A DNA stretch of 64,000 nucleotides from Rhizodiscina lignyota (Eukaryota), in the NCBI GenBank assembly GCA_010015805.1, contig ML978130.1, forward strand, positions 496,001 to 560,000. Direction: 5' to 3'. This document shows, one piece after another, positions 36,588-48,837 of the stretch. The notes under the pieces were generated by a model. That model had not been told where the DNA came from. It made no database searches and worked only from the letters and a program-made list of their open reading frames with translations. A program made the position numbers and the translations under genes. Numbering within the stretch: the first letter of the stretch is position 1; each line of letters starts with the position of its first letter.

Positions 36588-37115
36588 TCACAAAAAGCTC
36601 TCCTGCCCCCTACAAGCCCCGGTCTCGTTGATAACTTTGTGCGGCGGAATCACACCATTCCTAAATGGCAGCTCCAGCACCAGACCCTCCTCGTCGGATG
36701 GCTGACTCGTCGTGTGGCCCTGGCCCTCTACATCTAGCGCCAGAATTAGGCCAGATGGGCCAGGCTGCGCGTAAACCGGATCATCACTCCCATCTGGCAG
36801 GGTGATCATCACAATGCCAGATTGTACGAGGATCAGCTGATGCCTGGGTGCATTGTGGACCCCAGTGGACGAGTGCGGCGGGAAGACACGGTAGGTCAAA
36901 TTGTCGAAGTCGCCGAGGTTAAGGGCGAGGAATGGTGCGGGTCCAAGGAGGAAAGGCGCACTGAAAGTCCAGCATTGGAAAGCAGAGATATTCTCGGAGG
37001 TCGTGATGATAGTGGTGACGGTGATCTGACTACCGTTGGCGATGGTATGTATGGCGAGGGCGCTGCCGCTGAGCAGAGCCACAATCGTAGCGAGGAGCAT
37101 GCGTGCGAAGATCAT
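36588..37115 (-). CDS. Small secreted cupin-like protein
   Basis: Signal peptide (MIFARMLLATIVALLSGSALA), SAFQCW, GVHNAPRHQLILVQSG and ALDVEGQGHTT. Confidence 0.82.
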   Translation of the reverse strand: MIFARMLLATIVALLSGSALAIHTIANGSQITVTTIITTSENISAFQCWTFSAPFLLGPAPFLALNLGDFDNLTYRVFPPHSSTGVHNAPRHQLILVQSGIVMITLPDGSDDPVYAQPGPSGLILALDVEGQGHTTSQPSDEEGLVLELPFRNGVIPPHKVINETGACRGQESFL

Positions 37116-38232
37116 GTCGTGCAGATGAGAGATATTCAGGGCAAGATGCCTGTATGGAATTGGGTTGGCAATGTTTCCAAATCGATTGTTGAACGCTCTC
37201 TTGGCTCCTTTAAATCACAGGTGAAATGTTCACGCAGAATATGTTTCTTTTGTCGGGGCCGAAAAACGCTCCTTCAGGAGCCTTGAAAAAAGAATATATG
37301 TGCATTTCGCAGTTATTGTTTTGCGCCTGAGCAAATTACCGTTATTCGACGCTGGCCACGATACTTACAATTCAAGTCGCTCGTAGTTGGCATTCCATCT
37401 CTGAAGACCCAAAACTCGCAAAGGCCTCCTTCCATAGCCCGCTCCCCTCAATCTATAAGTTAGTTCTGTACCCTTATATTACATCGAATAGAGAGATGAG
37501 AGCGCAATCCGGGCCCCAAAAAAATTTAGAATTTATTTTCGAAGTACTCTGTACATATTCCCGCCCGTTTCGACCTGCCCCGTAGAGTATCTGCACTGCC
37601 TATTTAGGCTTAGTGACCAGCCACAGACACCCAAAGTCTGGCTGGCAAATTCTGGGAGTGGAAATGCGGATCCATTCACAATTTAATCCTCAGAGCGTGA
37701 AACTAAATCTTTACCGAGATTAATACCAGAACGATTGCTATAAGTAGGATCCCGGGACCAATCCAATCTACGACATGAGGGTGCGAAAAAGGCCCCCAAA
37801 TGCAATTATGCAGTATGCTAGCAGTTCTTCTAGTCCAACACCTCACAATTCGGCTGAGACTCGGTTCTGTTTGCTATTTTTCATCCTTTCCATACTTGCC
37901 AGCCTCCATACTACGCGATATCCTTGTTCCACCACTTTACGGTTCTTAGTGAACAAGAAAGATAGCTTCTCAAGATGGGCGTATCAGCAGCGGCCGCTTG
38001 AAGAATCTCTTAACAAAATACTTAGATATCGATGATTCCTCTATGATGGCAACGAGCAACAGCATCTTTCAAAGGTCTCGGAAGAGTACGATGTTCAAAT
38101 CCATATATTTGTACCGCGTACACGTTCCTAAGAACACCCTTAAACTTTGGGTTTAAACACCGCCGTTAAGTAAATGGTGGAAAAAAAAGTCGTCAATGCC
38201 GTATAGCTCTATCAGCAAGAGCCGTTCTACAT

Positions 38233-39299
38233 CTACTTTCTGGTCTCGGCCGCCTGCCTCTCCATTTCTTCAGGTGTATTCTCCGCCTCTTCGCCTCTTT
38301 CTTTAGTTTTGTTCGCTGCTTTCTGCTTCCCTTCCTTACGCTTCCCTATCATGTCTGCGAAATCGACTCCAAAGAATGTGTTGTCATGTTGGCTATTTCG
38401 GCCGTATCCGGCAATTCCAGTCGCTAGTCCTCCGACGCCGCGTCCAATCCCTCCTCCAATTGAACCCACACTACCCAGAACATCACCCTTTCCGAGTTTT
38501 GTGACCCCGTCACCAACGCCTGTCGTCAGGCCTGTGACCAAATTTCCGGTTCCTTTACCAACATTTCCCACTCCATAGCCCACCGGACCTCCGGCCGCCG
38601 TCCCCAACCCGTCTACTGTACCATCAAGTGTATCTCCCTGTGGGATTTGAGTAATCAATCGAAGAGATTATGAAGCTGAGTACGTAGAACTTACAAGTGC
38701 TTCTCCAGTACCTGAAACAGTCCTGCCTAGTCCACCTGTTGCCCCGGTCGTGACGCCTACAATGTCCGCATTGCCGACTCCAGTCACTGTGTCTGTGAGC
38801 GTATCCGTCACTCCATTGGTAGAGGACTCTGTCGTCTTGTGGACGCCTCTCGTTGCAGATGTTGTCGTTTTGCCCAAACCATCTGTGAGGTTCTTGACGG
38901 GCTTACCAGAACCTGGATATACATGTGAGTGAAATTTAGCAAAATAGATTCTATTGCAGGCAAAAAGAACACACCCTTTGGCAGTGCCGCTTCTGCAGTC
39001 GTCCCTAAAACACTTGTTGTTCCTGTAACCAGTCCATTCGCTACGCTAGTCGTCACGCCGACAGTGCCATTCACCGCGCGAGTTGTACCTTTGATGGCAT
39101 AATTCACCGGCTGTGTCAGTGGTGCCATGGCTTTTCCAACAGCTGGAAATCCACCTTGTTGCTCTTTCTTTGGCATCTCGTCTACAGTCTCTGACTCCTT
39201 TGCATCGAGGTTTCGGCTATCATGAGGAGGCGGCGACTCGTCGCCTTCATCAGGTCTCTCCATGGGTGTAGCTTTGTTTCCAGTCGGCTGACTCGACAT
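38233..39299 (-). CDS. Gly/Thr/Val-rich 11-mer repeat protein (315 aa, 3 exons)
   Basis: Introns 38974-38913 and 38694-38638 restore a single ORF of 948 nt; repeats TTRAVNGTVGV / TTSVANGLVTG / TTSVLGTTAEA. Confidence 0.85.
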
Positions 39300-40552
39300 C
39301 TTTGCTGTGGCAGTTTGACGATAAGTAGATTTTGATGCCTCTTTTACCGGAGTAGTTCGATCCTTGGTTTAATGTGCGCTGGATTATTGTCCTTCGGGTT
39401 GCGGGCTCAGATAATGACGTCCGTTTCGCAAGAATCGCAACGGTGCAAATCCACTCTGCACTTTCGTCCCAAATTCCCTAGTGCTTGACAAGTGAACCAA
39501 TACATCATCCGAAGAACGGCATTTACCGATTAGTGCAGCAAGTTCCAAGTTGGCAATGAGGGAAAGGCATTATGGTGCCGATCAAAGATGACGTCATAGC
39601 GAGGGTCAACATAGGACTCCAGCTTTGCGGGCTCGTGGTGGTCTTGCAGAATCAACCAACTCTAACCAACTGCTAATAAAGTTCTGGTAGGAAGGTGAGC
39701 TTTGGAATGCCGAAGACCATATCAGAGTGTGCAATTTCGATGAATTGGCGGTCTAGGGCATTCCTCCCAACAACCGTTATTTTGGTCCGCGCAGCTGAGA
39801 ACGCCATCGCATATACGGATTAGATCCGAGAGGAACGTCTGCTAGAAGATGATGTATAAAAGAATCCGTAGGATCTGAAAGCTGGATTTGAGATGAATTT
39901 ACGGACGAATAAATTAAGTAGGTGGACGAAACCCCTTCTTTTCCGGCGAAATAGCCCTCAAGCATATCGTCAAGATCGGCGATGGCAGAATATAATTAGC
40001 ACAACGTTCATAAATCTTCCATTTAATTTCTCATCGTCAAAGAGAGACATCGAGCTCTAGAGAGACAAGCCAAAGTGGGCGGAACGGGGCGGTCTGAAGA
40101 ACTGCAGCCTTACAATCAATCGCTTTTGGTATCTTACCGTGTTCGGCTTTAAAGATGATGGCGTCTCCATTCCACTTATAACAGCATGGGTTGCTAAACT
40201 ATTCAATCATCTTCTCGGTTCGAGTTTCGCTTTTGCAGTTGACCTGGCGAGGCTGAACACGAGCAAATGCGAGGCCCCACTTTTAGGATAGCTCCGAAGT
40301 ACACAGCTGCTCGGAAGCACGTACACAGCTACAGAGTCAGGGCAGCTCAAATATTATTAGCCTTATTGAAACGCATATAGTACAGAATTGAAACCCAAAT
40401 TTTGGAAAGCTAAGCTAGTGCCTGCTTGTATAGTGTTAATCAAGATAGATAATCTCTTAAAATATCATGGTATCTCCATCCCAATGCACCCATCCCAAGC
40501 GCCATAAAATGAGCCTTCTATCAAGCTTTGCTTTTCACGGACCTAAGCACGT

Positions 40553-43500
40553 TTATCCAACCCACCTCCTTGCACTCCTAAACATCCTAAACCATGGCCC
40601 GAACTCTCCCCACTCCTTCGCCATCTCCTCCGGGACCCAGCTCCCTACATTCGCCAACACCGTCCGCTCCGGATGCGGCATCAGCGCCAGGACGCGGCCG
40701 TCCACGGACCGCACGCCCGTAATACCACGCGGGCTGCCATTTGGATTGAACGGGTAGCGCTCCGTGGGTGTGAGGTAGTTATCGACGTATCGCATCGACA
40801 CCAGATGCTGTTCGAAGAGCGCCGCAGGCGTCAATGGAGAAGTAGGGTCGGACGGGAAAGCTGCACGTCCTTCGCCGTGCGCGACTACGATGGGCAGTTT
40901 GCTGCCGTGCATACCGTGCAGGAAAACTGACGGGAGTGCTTGGGCTTTCGGGTCGTCCATGACTTCGACCATGCAGAGACGCGCTTCGTACTGCTCGGAC
41001 GTATTGCGCTCGAAGGTTGGCCAGGACTCTGCACCAGGAATCAAATCCTTCAGTCGTGATAGGAATTGGCATCCATTGCAGACGCCGAGGGTGAATGTGT
41101 TTTGGCGGCGGAAGAAGTCGCTAAATTCTTTTCGCATGCCGGGATGCTGAAGGACACTCATTGCCCACCCCCGTCCGGCACCGAGAACATCGCCGTACGA
41201 GAAGCCACCGCAGGCAGCGAGCCCAACGAATGAAGCGAGCGAGACTCGGCCTTTCAGCAAGTCTTCCATGTGGACATCTACAGCAGAGAAACCAGCCTCG
41301 TGGAAGGCAAACGCCATCTCTGTATGTCCATTCGTACCCTGTTCTCGAAGGATGGCAACTCGAGGTCTAGCGGTGATGAGAGATGAAAAACTTGAAGCAT
41401 AAGTAAGGATGTTCTCTTTGGGATGGAACGTGAGTCTGTAGGATAAGCCCGGATCCAGATCATCCGCGAGACTGGCATCTTCCGAGTCGGCACAGCCTGG
41501 GTTGTCGCGCAGACGCTGCATTTGGTAAGACGTCGAAGCCCAGCGATCTTGAAGGGCCTTCCGACTATTCTTGTAAACTCTGCTTGCGCCATAGTAGAAT
41601 GTGACATCAGGCTTTTCCGACGCAACGGCGATCCTCTTAATCATTCCAGGCGGAGGACCGCAGGTAGCAAAGCACCGTTGGAATTTGACTTCGTCTTTCT
41701 TCCGTATTTGGAAGATAGCACCCAGTTCTTCGTTAAACAGTCCTTCAATCAGGCTTGCGGTATTGCTCCCATTGCATACCTCATCAAGCATGACAGAGAT
41801 GCCACAGCGTCCAGCGAAGGCCATCTCAACGAGTGTAGTGAAAATGCCGCCATCGGATACATCGTGGTACGCAAGTACGATTCCGGCTTCGTGCAATTGC
41901 TCTACAGCATCGAAGTAGTCCTGTAGAATAGAGGGTTCTCTGATATCTGGCGTATCGTTGCCGAGCTGATTGAACACTTGCGCGAGTGCAGAGCCACCCA
42001 TTTTCTTATTGCCTTGTGCCAAGTCAACATACAGAAGCAGCGTCTCCCCGACTTCCTTCGGCCGGCGGAGCGCCGGCGTCCAAACATTGTCAATTCCATC
42101 GACTTGGCCGAACGCCGAGATGATGACTGAGAGCGGAGCAGTGACCTCCTTGGCATCTCCTGACTCTTGATCCTTCCATTTCATCTTCATTGACATTGAA
42201 TCCTTGCCGACTGGAATGCTGATGCCAATCTTCGGGCACAGCTCCATTCCGATGGCTTCTACAGCTTCGTACAACGCCGCTCCTTCGCCTGGGTGACTGC
42301 TTGCTGCCATCCAATTCGCAGACAAAGCAATGTTTGCCAGGCGATCCTTGATATTGGCGGCCGCGATATTCATTAAAGACTCCGCAACCGCCATTCTCGC
42401 TGACGCAGCGGGATTGATGAGAGCAAGTATGGGCTTCTCACCCATTGCCATAGCCTCTCCAGTGTTGATACCTGGTGTAAGCGATGTTGCAGTTACGCCC
42501 ACGTCTGCGACAGGTACTTGCCAAGGTCCAACCATTTGATCTCGAACAGTTAATCCGCCCACTGTTCTGTCAGCGATTGTGATAAGAAAAGACTTTGAGC
42601 CGACAGAAGGAAGTCCCAGCACTCGATCTACGGCCTCTTTCAAGACATCCTGCTTCGACATTTTCGGCAAGTAAGATGCGAGACTCAGGTCGAAACTCGG
42701 CAGCGCCAGCTGTCTCGATTCGACTATACGACTGAGTTTCGGTGGTTTTCCGAACAGAATCGACATTGGCAAGTCGATCACTTTTGAACGATCTTTCGAA
42801 TCTCTGTCCGTGAGAACAAGCCGCATATCAGTCTCCGTGCGGCCACCGGTGGCCTTGCCAGCAATCGAGTATGCACAGCGCTCACGCTCGCAAATACTCT
42901 TGAATAGATCGAGACCATCTGGTGAGACAGCCATAACATATCTCTCTTGAGCCTCACAGCACCAAATCTGCAGTGGACTCATACTCTTGTCAGCGCTTTG
43001 GATATCCCTCAACTCGAACGTCGCACCAAGACCGGCATCGTGAACCAGCTCAGGGAAGGCATTTGACAGACCACCTGCTCCAACGTCGTGAATCAGCAAG
43101 ATTGGATTTCGAGAACCCAGTGCAGCACACGCGTTGATTACTTCCTGGGCTCTCCTCTGAACTTCAGGATTGCCCCTTTGCACGCTTGCAAAGTCCAGGT
43201 CTACGGATCCCTCGCCAGACTGCACGCTTGAAGCAGCACCTCCCCCGAGCCCAATCAGCATCGCAGGTCCACCAATAGCCACGAGGTAAGCACCTGGATG
43301 CACGATAGTCTTGTCTTTCAGCGCTTGCTGCGGCCGCACACTACCCACGCCACCGGCAATCATGATCGGCTTGTGATAACCCCTCAACTCTTTCTGGTCC
43401 TTCTCAACGTGGACCTCGTTCGTGAACGTTCTGAAATACCCCGTTATGCAAGGTCTTCCGAATTCGTTATTGAAGGCCGCACTGCCGATCGGAGCTTCAA

Positions 43501-44692
43501 GCATAATATCCAGACTGCTCGCAATATGAGCTGGTTTTCCGGTCTGTACTTCCCAAGGCTGTTCAAATTCTGGAATGTGCAAGTCCGATACTGTGAAGCC
43601 GCACAGTCCGGCTTTCGGCCGTGAGCCTCGCCCAACTGCGCCTTCGTCGCGAATTTCACCACCTGAACCCGTTGCTGCACCAGGGAATGGCGACACAGCT
43701 GTAGGGTGATTATGGGTCTCGACTTTGGCAAGGTAATCCACTGTCTCTTTTGTTGACGTCCAAATTCCAGTAGCCTGATCTGGAGCCAGAAAGCTGCCAG
43801 ACGGTCCCTCCATGACCGCCGCGTTGTCGCTGTACGCACTGACAACTCGCTGCGGATTCGTCTTGTAGGTATTTCGGATCATCTCGAAAAGGCTATGAGG
43901 CTTTTTCATCCCATCAATGGTCCAGTCCGCATTGAATTGCTTATGTCTACAGTGCTCCGAGTTGACCTGGGCGAACATGAAAAGTTCCACATCTGTAGGT
44001 TCGCGCTTGAGATGGTTCGTATATGCGTCAACCAAGTATTCTATTTCCGACGCATCCAAGGCAAGCCCAAGCTCCCTGTTGGCGTGTTGCAGCGCAGATT
44101 GCGGATCCTCGTCGTCGGATAGTGATATTGTATTCAGCTCCGCAGGCAGCTGCTCTCCAAAAAGTAGATTCAAGTCCGGTGCATTCCGGCTGAGCGATTG
44201 CGTCATCCGGTCATACAACAGGTCCACGTTCAAACCATGCTCTTGATCTAATAGACTTTCAAACTTTGCCGCAATCACCATCCCTCGCTCTATACGCTCC
44301 ACCATATCCTCCTCTACTCTTTTCGTCCCCTCCTTCGACGTGCAGACATGACATATATTCGTCGCTTGACTACTCCACGGACTAATTGTCCCAGGTCTAG
44401 GGTATACATAAAACAGCGCTACGTTCTCGTCGAACGGCTCGGTGTCTCGGACGAGGGCATCGTGCAGGACTTGGTAGAGGCGGTCGGAGGAGGAGGGCTT
44501 CTCGTCATAGTCTAGGAGCTGGTCTATTGCTTTCTCCTCGTCTTCTGTGAGCACTCTATTCGGGTTGATGAAGTGCACCCATATTGCTCGTACTTCTACC
44601 GCGCCGAGCTCGCGAGCGAGGCGTGCGAGGCGGAAGTCGGAGAAGGCGGAGGAACCGGGCTTGACGATGTACGGAGGGCCGGGAGTGTCCAT
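40553..44692 (-). CDS. ADE6: Phosphoribosylformylglycinamidine synthase (large PurL)
   Basis: PRPGTISPWSS, FAQVNSEHCRHK, KVETHNHPT, HDVGAGGLSNA and a glutaminase domain with GVCNGCQ and MPHPER; intronless. Confidence 0.98.
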   Translation of the reverse strand: MDTPGPPYIVKPGSSAFSDFRLARLARELGAVEVRAIWVHFINPNRVLTEDEEKAIDQLLDYDEKPSSSDRLYQVLHDALVRDTEPFDENVALFYVYPRPGTISPWSSQATNICHVCTSKEGTKRVEEDMVERIERGMVIAAKFESLLDQEHGLNVDLLYDRMTQSLSRNAPDLNLLFGEQLPAELNTISLSDDEDPQSALQHANRELGLALDASEIEYLVDAYTNHLKREPTDVELFMFAQVNSEHCRHKQFNADWTIDGMKKPHSLFEMIRNTYKTNPQRVVSAYSDNAAVMEGPSGSFLAPDQATGIWTSTKETVDYLAKVETHNHPTAVSPFPGAATGSGGEIRDEGAVGRGSRPKAGLCGFTVSDLHIPEFEQPWEVQTGKPAHIASSLDIMLEAPIGSAAFNNEFGRPCITGYFRTFTNEVHVEKDQKELRGYHKPIMIAGGVGSVRPQQALKDKTIVHPGAYLVAIGGPAMLIGLGGGAASSVQSGEGSVDLDFASVQRGNPEVQRRAQEVINACAALGSRNPILLIHDVGAGGLSNAFPELVHDAGLGATFELRDIQSADKSMSPLQIWCCEAQERYVMAVSPDGLDLFKSICERERCAYSIAGKATGGRTETDMRLVLTDRDSKDRSKVIDLPMSILFGKPPKLSRIVESRQLALPSFDLSLASYLPKMSKQDVLKEAVDRVLGLPSVGSKSFLITIADRTVGGLTVRDQMVGPWQVPVADVGVTATSLTPGINTGEAMAMGEKPILALINPAASARMAVAESLMNIAAANIKDRLANIALSANWMAASSHPGEGAALYEAVEAIGMELCPKIGISIPVGKDSMSMKMKWKDQESGDAKEVTAPLSVIISAFGQVDGIDNVWTPALRRPKEVGETLLLYVDLAQGNKKMGGSALAQVFNQLGNDTPDIREPSILQDYFDAVEQLHEAGIVLAYHDVSDGGIFTTLVEMAFAGRCGISVMLDEVCNGSNTASLIEGLFNEELGAIFQIRKKDEVKFQRCFATCGPPPGMIKRIAVASEKPDVTFYYGASRVYKNSRKALQDRWASTSYQMQRLRDNPGCADSEDASLADDLDPGLSYRLTFHPKENILTYASSFSSLITARPRVAILREQGTNGHTEMAFAFHEAGFSAVDVHMEDLLKGRVSLASFVGLAACGGFSYGDVLGAGRGWAMSVLQHPGMRKEFSDFFRRQNTFTLGVCNGCQFLSRLKDLIPGAESWPTFERNTSEQYEARLCMVEVMDDPKAQALPSVFLHGMHGSKLPIVVAHGEGRAAFPSDPTSPLTPAALFEQHLVSMRYVDNYLTPTERYPFNPNGSPRGITGVRSVDGRVLALMPHPERTVLANVGSWVPEEMAKEWGEFGPWFRMFRSARRWVG

Positions 44693-45868
44693 TGGTGCTA
44701 TTTCATGGCTTAATTGGGCAAGTATGAGAAGCAAAGACAATTGCAAGGCAACTTTTGTAGTTCTTTTAGACAGCTGAAAATCATGGAGGGGGAGGGGCAA
44801 TCAAAGAGTTGACATAAAATTCATCCCGAAGTTCAACCGTCGTCCGCTGGCCAAAAGCGAAGAGCAAATCAGGGCTCGGGTGAACGTTTTATTGGCGTGA
44901 TGTTTGTCCAATTCAATGCCCACCTGATAGGTTTTCCTCTATAAACATTGAAGGTTCAATCAACACACACACAAAGAGAATACTGGATTAATGAGCACCT
45001 TTGCCGCTGCTCCGCTGAACAAAGCTCCCATGAAAAGCAAAAGAGACCTCAAGCAGCAGCTTTTGCAGTGTGACCATCTGTCAGCAGATCCAGCTGACAA
45101 ATATAAAACCATCCTCAGACCCAGTATGCATTCCTTCCTCATCCATCACCCACGTAGAGCGGACCAAGAATGCTCGTTTCCTCTCCCCAACCTCTAGCCT
45201 TGCCATTCCAAGTTGATTTCCCTAGCATTTGCAGTATGAAACAAAAGAAGCAGAGTTTGAGGTAGGAGAAGTTCAACCAAAGCTCCATGAGCTCATATCG
45301 CTGTGATATCCAGAAGAACCCCGTGTCAAGCCTTCTGCATCGCAGAAGCAGAATTGCTCCTCGATGGCCCTGGCGGCGGGCTCACCACGCCACCACTCAC
45401 ACTCCCACCATCTGAGTTCCGCCGACTGTTACTGCGCTGACGGCTCGACGGCCGCTGAGTGGAAGAGCCCGACGACGAAGCAGCAGTGGTGTTGTCCGTC
45501 GACGAATCATGTCTTCGCCGCTATAGCAAGCGCGATTGTGAGAATATCATCCCCAAAACTGACTGACACTACTCCAAAAGAGAAAAAGAGAAAAAAATAT
45601 CGACAAACGGTTCGTTGAGAGGAAGTATATTATCAGGGGCTAGGTTTACACGACGGCACCAACCCGTCTATCGGAGAAGCGAAAAGGAAAAACCCAAAGT
45701 TCCCAACTTGCGCCCCATGCCATGTTCGAGAAGGAGCCGCATATGCAGACCGAGAGAGCTGGGGCACAAGCTTCCGTGTGAAAGCCCCACAGAGACAAGG
45801 TATCGCTCAAGAAGGAAAAAGTGTATCGCTCATCGCAACTCATGATGAGAGTGCAACCGAAAGTATCA

Positions 45869-48216
45869 TCAACGTACCGAACTAGTCGCCGACCTCCTGT
45901 CTCCACTTCTAACCCCGTCATCCTGTATCCTCAAGGCCTCGAGCCTCCTCGCGTTCTCGGGACTCAACGGATCGAGATCATCGGGCCTAGAAGGCGTCGT
46001 GACCTTTGATCCAGCACTAGTTGTAACTGGCAGGGGGGCGGCGTTATCGATGCGGCCATTCTGTCGAGCCTTCGCGAGCTCGGCGATCTTGTCCCACTTG
46101 GACTGGCGGGTCTGTTGTTTCTCCGCAAGGTGCTGCTGCGCCTCGGTGTACTCATGGGAGCAATCGTCGAACAGCTGAGGGTTGACTTCCATGAAGAGTT
46201 TCATGGCGTTGTAAACCATGCCATGGATGGTCCTGTCGACAATGTGTTACTGAAAAGATTCTTATCTTTGTAAGAGACGAACTTACCGATTCCAGTGTCC
46301 CTTGGAATTCTCGTAAAGCGGAGCAAACATGATTGGAAGAATGATTTCGACGTTATCGCTGACGAGATTACAGAAATACTCATTGTTCCAGAAGTACAGA
46401 GCTCTCTCTGCAACCTGGAAATGTGGACTTGCAACTGATTTCGCAAGCTGGGCGAACAGCGGCTCTTGGACTTTGGCGAATTCGGCCGGATCCATGACTT
46501 CGAAGATGTCCTCGACTTCGTTGAGGAACATGACTTCCTTGGTACTATTAACCTTTGGCCAATAGCGGAGAAGTCCCATGACCACCTGTGCTGCCGGTTA
46601 GCTTAGAACCAGACAAGGGGAATCCGGGTTAGCGTACTTCTTCTGTCAGTCCAGCATCCTTCTCCAAGAACTGGACGATGCAGTATGCAAGCTGTGGATG
46701 ATACATGCTCAAGCTCTTCACTTTGTGTAGAGGAAGGAGAACACGGGTAAGAAACAGCTTGTGCTCCTCCTTCAATGGAAGAGCGAAACCGTTGATAATC
46801 GAACCAAGAATTTCCAAGAGCTCCGCAACGCCATTGAATCGCTCCGTCTCGTACACGAACTGGAAGAAGACGTTGTTGATGGATCGGCGAATGAAAGATC
46901 GAAGGTTGAGGAATTTACCGTAAATCCGGTGGAGTGTCGTCTTTAAGAAGTCCCGTTCTCTGGGATCTTCCGAATCGAAGAGCTCCAGAAGCTGCTTTGA
47001 TCAGTAAGACGTCACGAATTTCAGTCCATGAGAAGCATACCTGTAGCACAAAGTTGTGATCGATATACTGCTTAGCGATGTTGGTGTTGAAGTCCTGACT
47101 CTCGATGAATCTCAGAAAGAATTCGTAGACAACTTGAATGTGAGGCCAAGCCACTTCCAGAACTGGCTCGTCTTCTTCGGGGTCGAATGCATCGCCCTGA
47201 GGATTCATGGGTGGCGGGATTGGCCTGAAGAGATTCTTGGCAAACATCTCGACGACGCGCGGATACATTGGCTCCGTGATGACTTGACGGTTGTTTGCAA
47301 CATAGTCCAACAGCTCGTGTAATGCAAGCCTCTTGATCTCCTTGCTCTTCATATCTGCACTCGCGTCATTGAAGTCGAATATGATGTTGCACTGATCGAT
47401 CTTCTGCATGAACAACTCCTGGCGCCTGTTTGGCGCGACCTCGTGGAAGCCTGGTAACTTCTCCAACTCTCTCTGGCGCTGATCAGATATGTCGAATCTC
47501 GAAGAGTGCTGGCGCTTTGGGGTTCGAATGCCCTCTGGAACGTCTTTCGGGGTAGCTTGGAGTCGATCGAATAGCAAAGACTTCTGTCCTGCCTTGGGAG
47601 GTGCAAGGTCATGGGGCATCGTCTCCGCGGCGCCTGGTGGTGGAACATGCTGCAGTGACACGCTATTAGCCCTTCGGTGACCACGCACGCCGATATTACC
47701 AGCGGCATTGATGGTTGTTGTAAAGAGATATTTTATACTTACTGGAGCACTGGGGCTGATGACAACGCTGGGTGGAAGAGAATGGCCGGTGGAGCCCCTG
47801 TGTGGGGTGCCAGGTCCAGAACCACCTGGGGAAGTTGTTCCACCCGTCACGCCTTGAAGCTGCGGCTGAGGATATTGTCCTGGAGCTAGAGACGACGGCA
47901 TAGAGCCCTGACTCGGCTGTGGTGCGCTTGCACTTGAGCTGCTCGGCGTGCCATCGCCTCCAGTCGGAAGCGGCTTGTTTCGCGGGTCTACAAGAGCGGT
48001 TTGTGAGGAAGTCGGAGTGGCGTGCGCAGAGCCGGCGGGGGAATTGGAGGAACCGGCTTGAGATGGGGAGGCAGTTCCGGAGGATGGATTGTCTTTCTTC
48101 TTGGAAGACTTGTTGGGATCTTTGTTTCTCGAGAGCTGGTCGTGCTAAACATATCAGTCTAGCGTTCCCTCGAACTTCAAATGTGAACTTACGACCCTCT
48201 GCCTGAAGCCCTTCAT
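45869..48216 (-). CDS. RTS1: PP2A regulatory subunit B'/B56
   Basis: Exon 1 [53 protein letters not shown] and [16 protein letters not shown]; several short introns. Confidence 0.96.
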
Positions 48217-48837
48217 CTTGGCGGCCTGCGCGTTGTGCGGTCGAGCGTTGAGGGTGCTGCTGTCAAGCTATTGTGCAGTCGTGAAATTTGGAGAGGTGTA
48301 GGTATTTATCGTGTGAGTCCTCGGTGTGAAGTGGAGGAGATGGGGTTGCAAGCGCTCGTGGCACAGAGTTAGATTGAAACGCCGCACGGGCCCTCAAAGT
48401 GGCATTTGGTGGGCATGAAGCTGTGGTGCCGCGGAGTGTTTATTCGCAACGAGCTGGTCTTGTGTTCGTGAGGAGAGGTCCGTCTGGGCGCAGCGTAGCC
48501 ACGAGCAACGCGGCAGCAGCTCGACACGCTGGAGGCGAGGGACACGACGAGACACGGACGGGGCAGGTGTGCTAATTGAGAGGAAGAGTAGAGAAGGCCA
48601 TACGCGGAATGGATGGTGTTGGAGCAGTGATTCAGGCGAAGCGGTCGTCAAGCGGGCAGCCCTCCTGCTGGTGCATCAAGCCCCTGGTCAGCCCGCCCCA
48701 AACGGGAAGGCTTGGCGGCGTGACCGTGACTTAATTTCACCTCTGCTTTAAATTTCCTGCGTAACGCAAATTACATTTAGATATCGACCTCTGTCACGCG
48801 TCATAGCATCTCGGTAGTCGGTGCCGGGCGCGCCATC

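Noticed and set aside
39340..39370. B-box-like GTTCGATCC suggesting a tRNA
   Set aside because: No A-box spacing or cloverleaf stems could be formed around it.
45630..45872. Box C/D snoRNA (TGATGA...CTGA on the minus strand) downstream of RTS1
   Set aside because: The boxes are about 230 nt apart with no terminal stem or recognisable guide.
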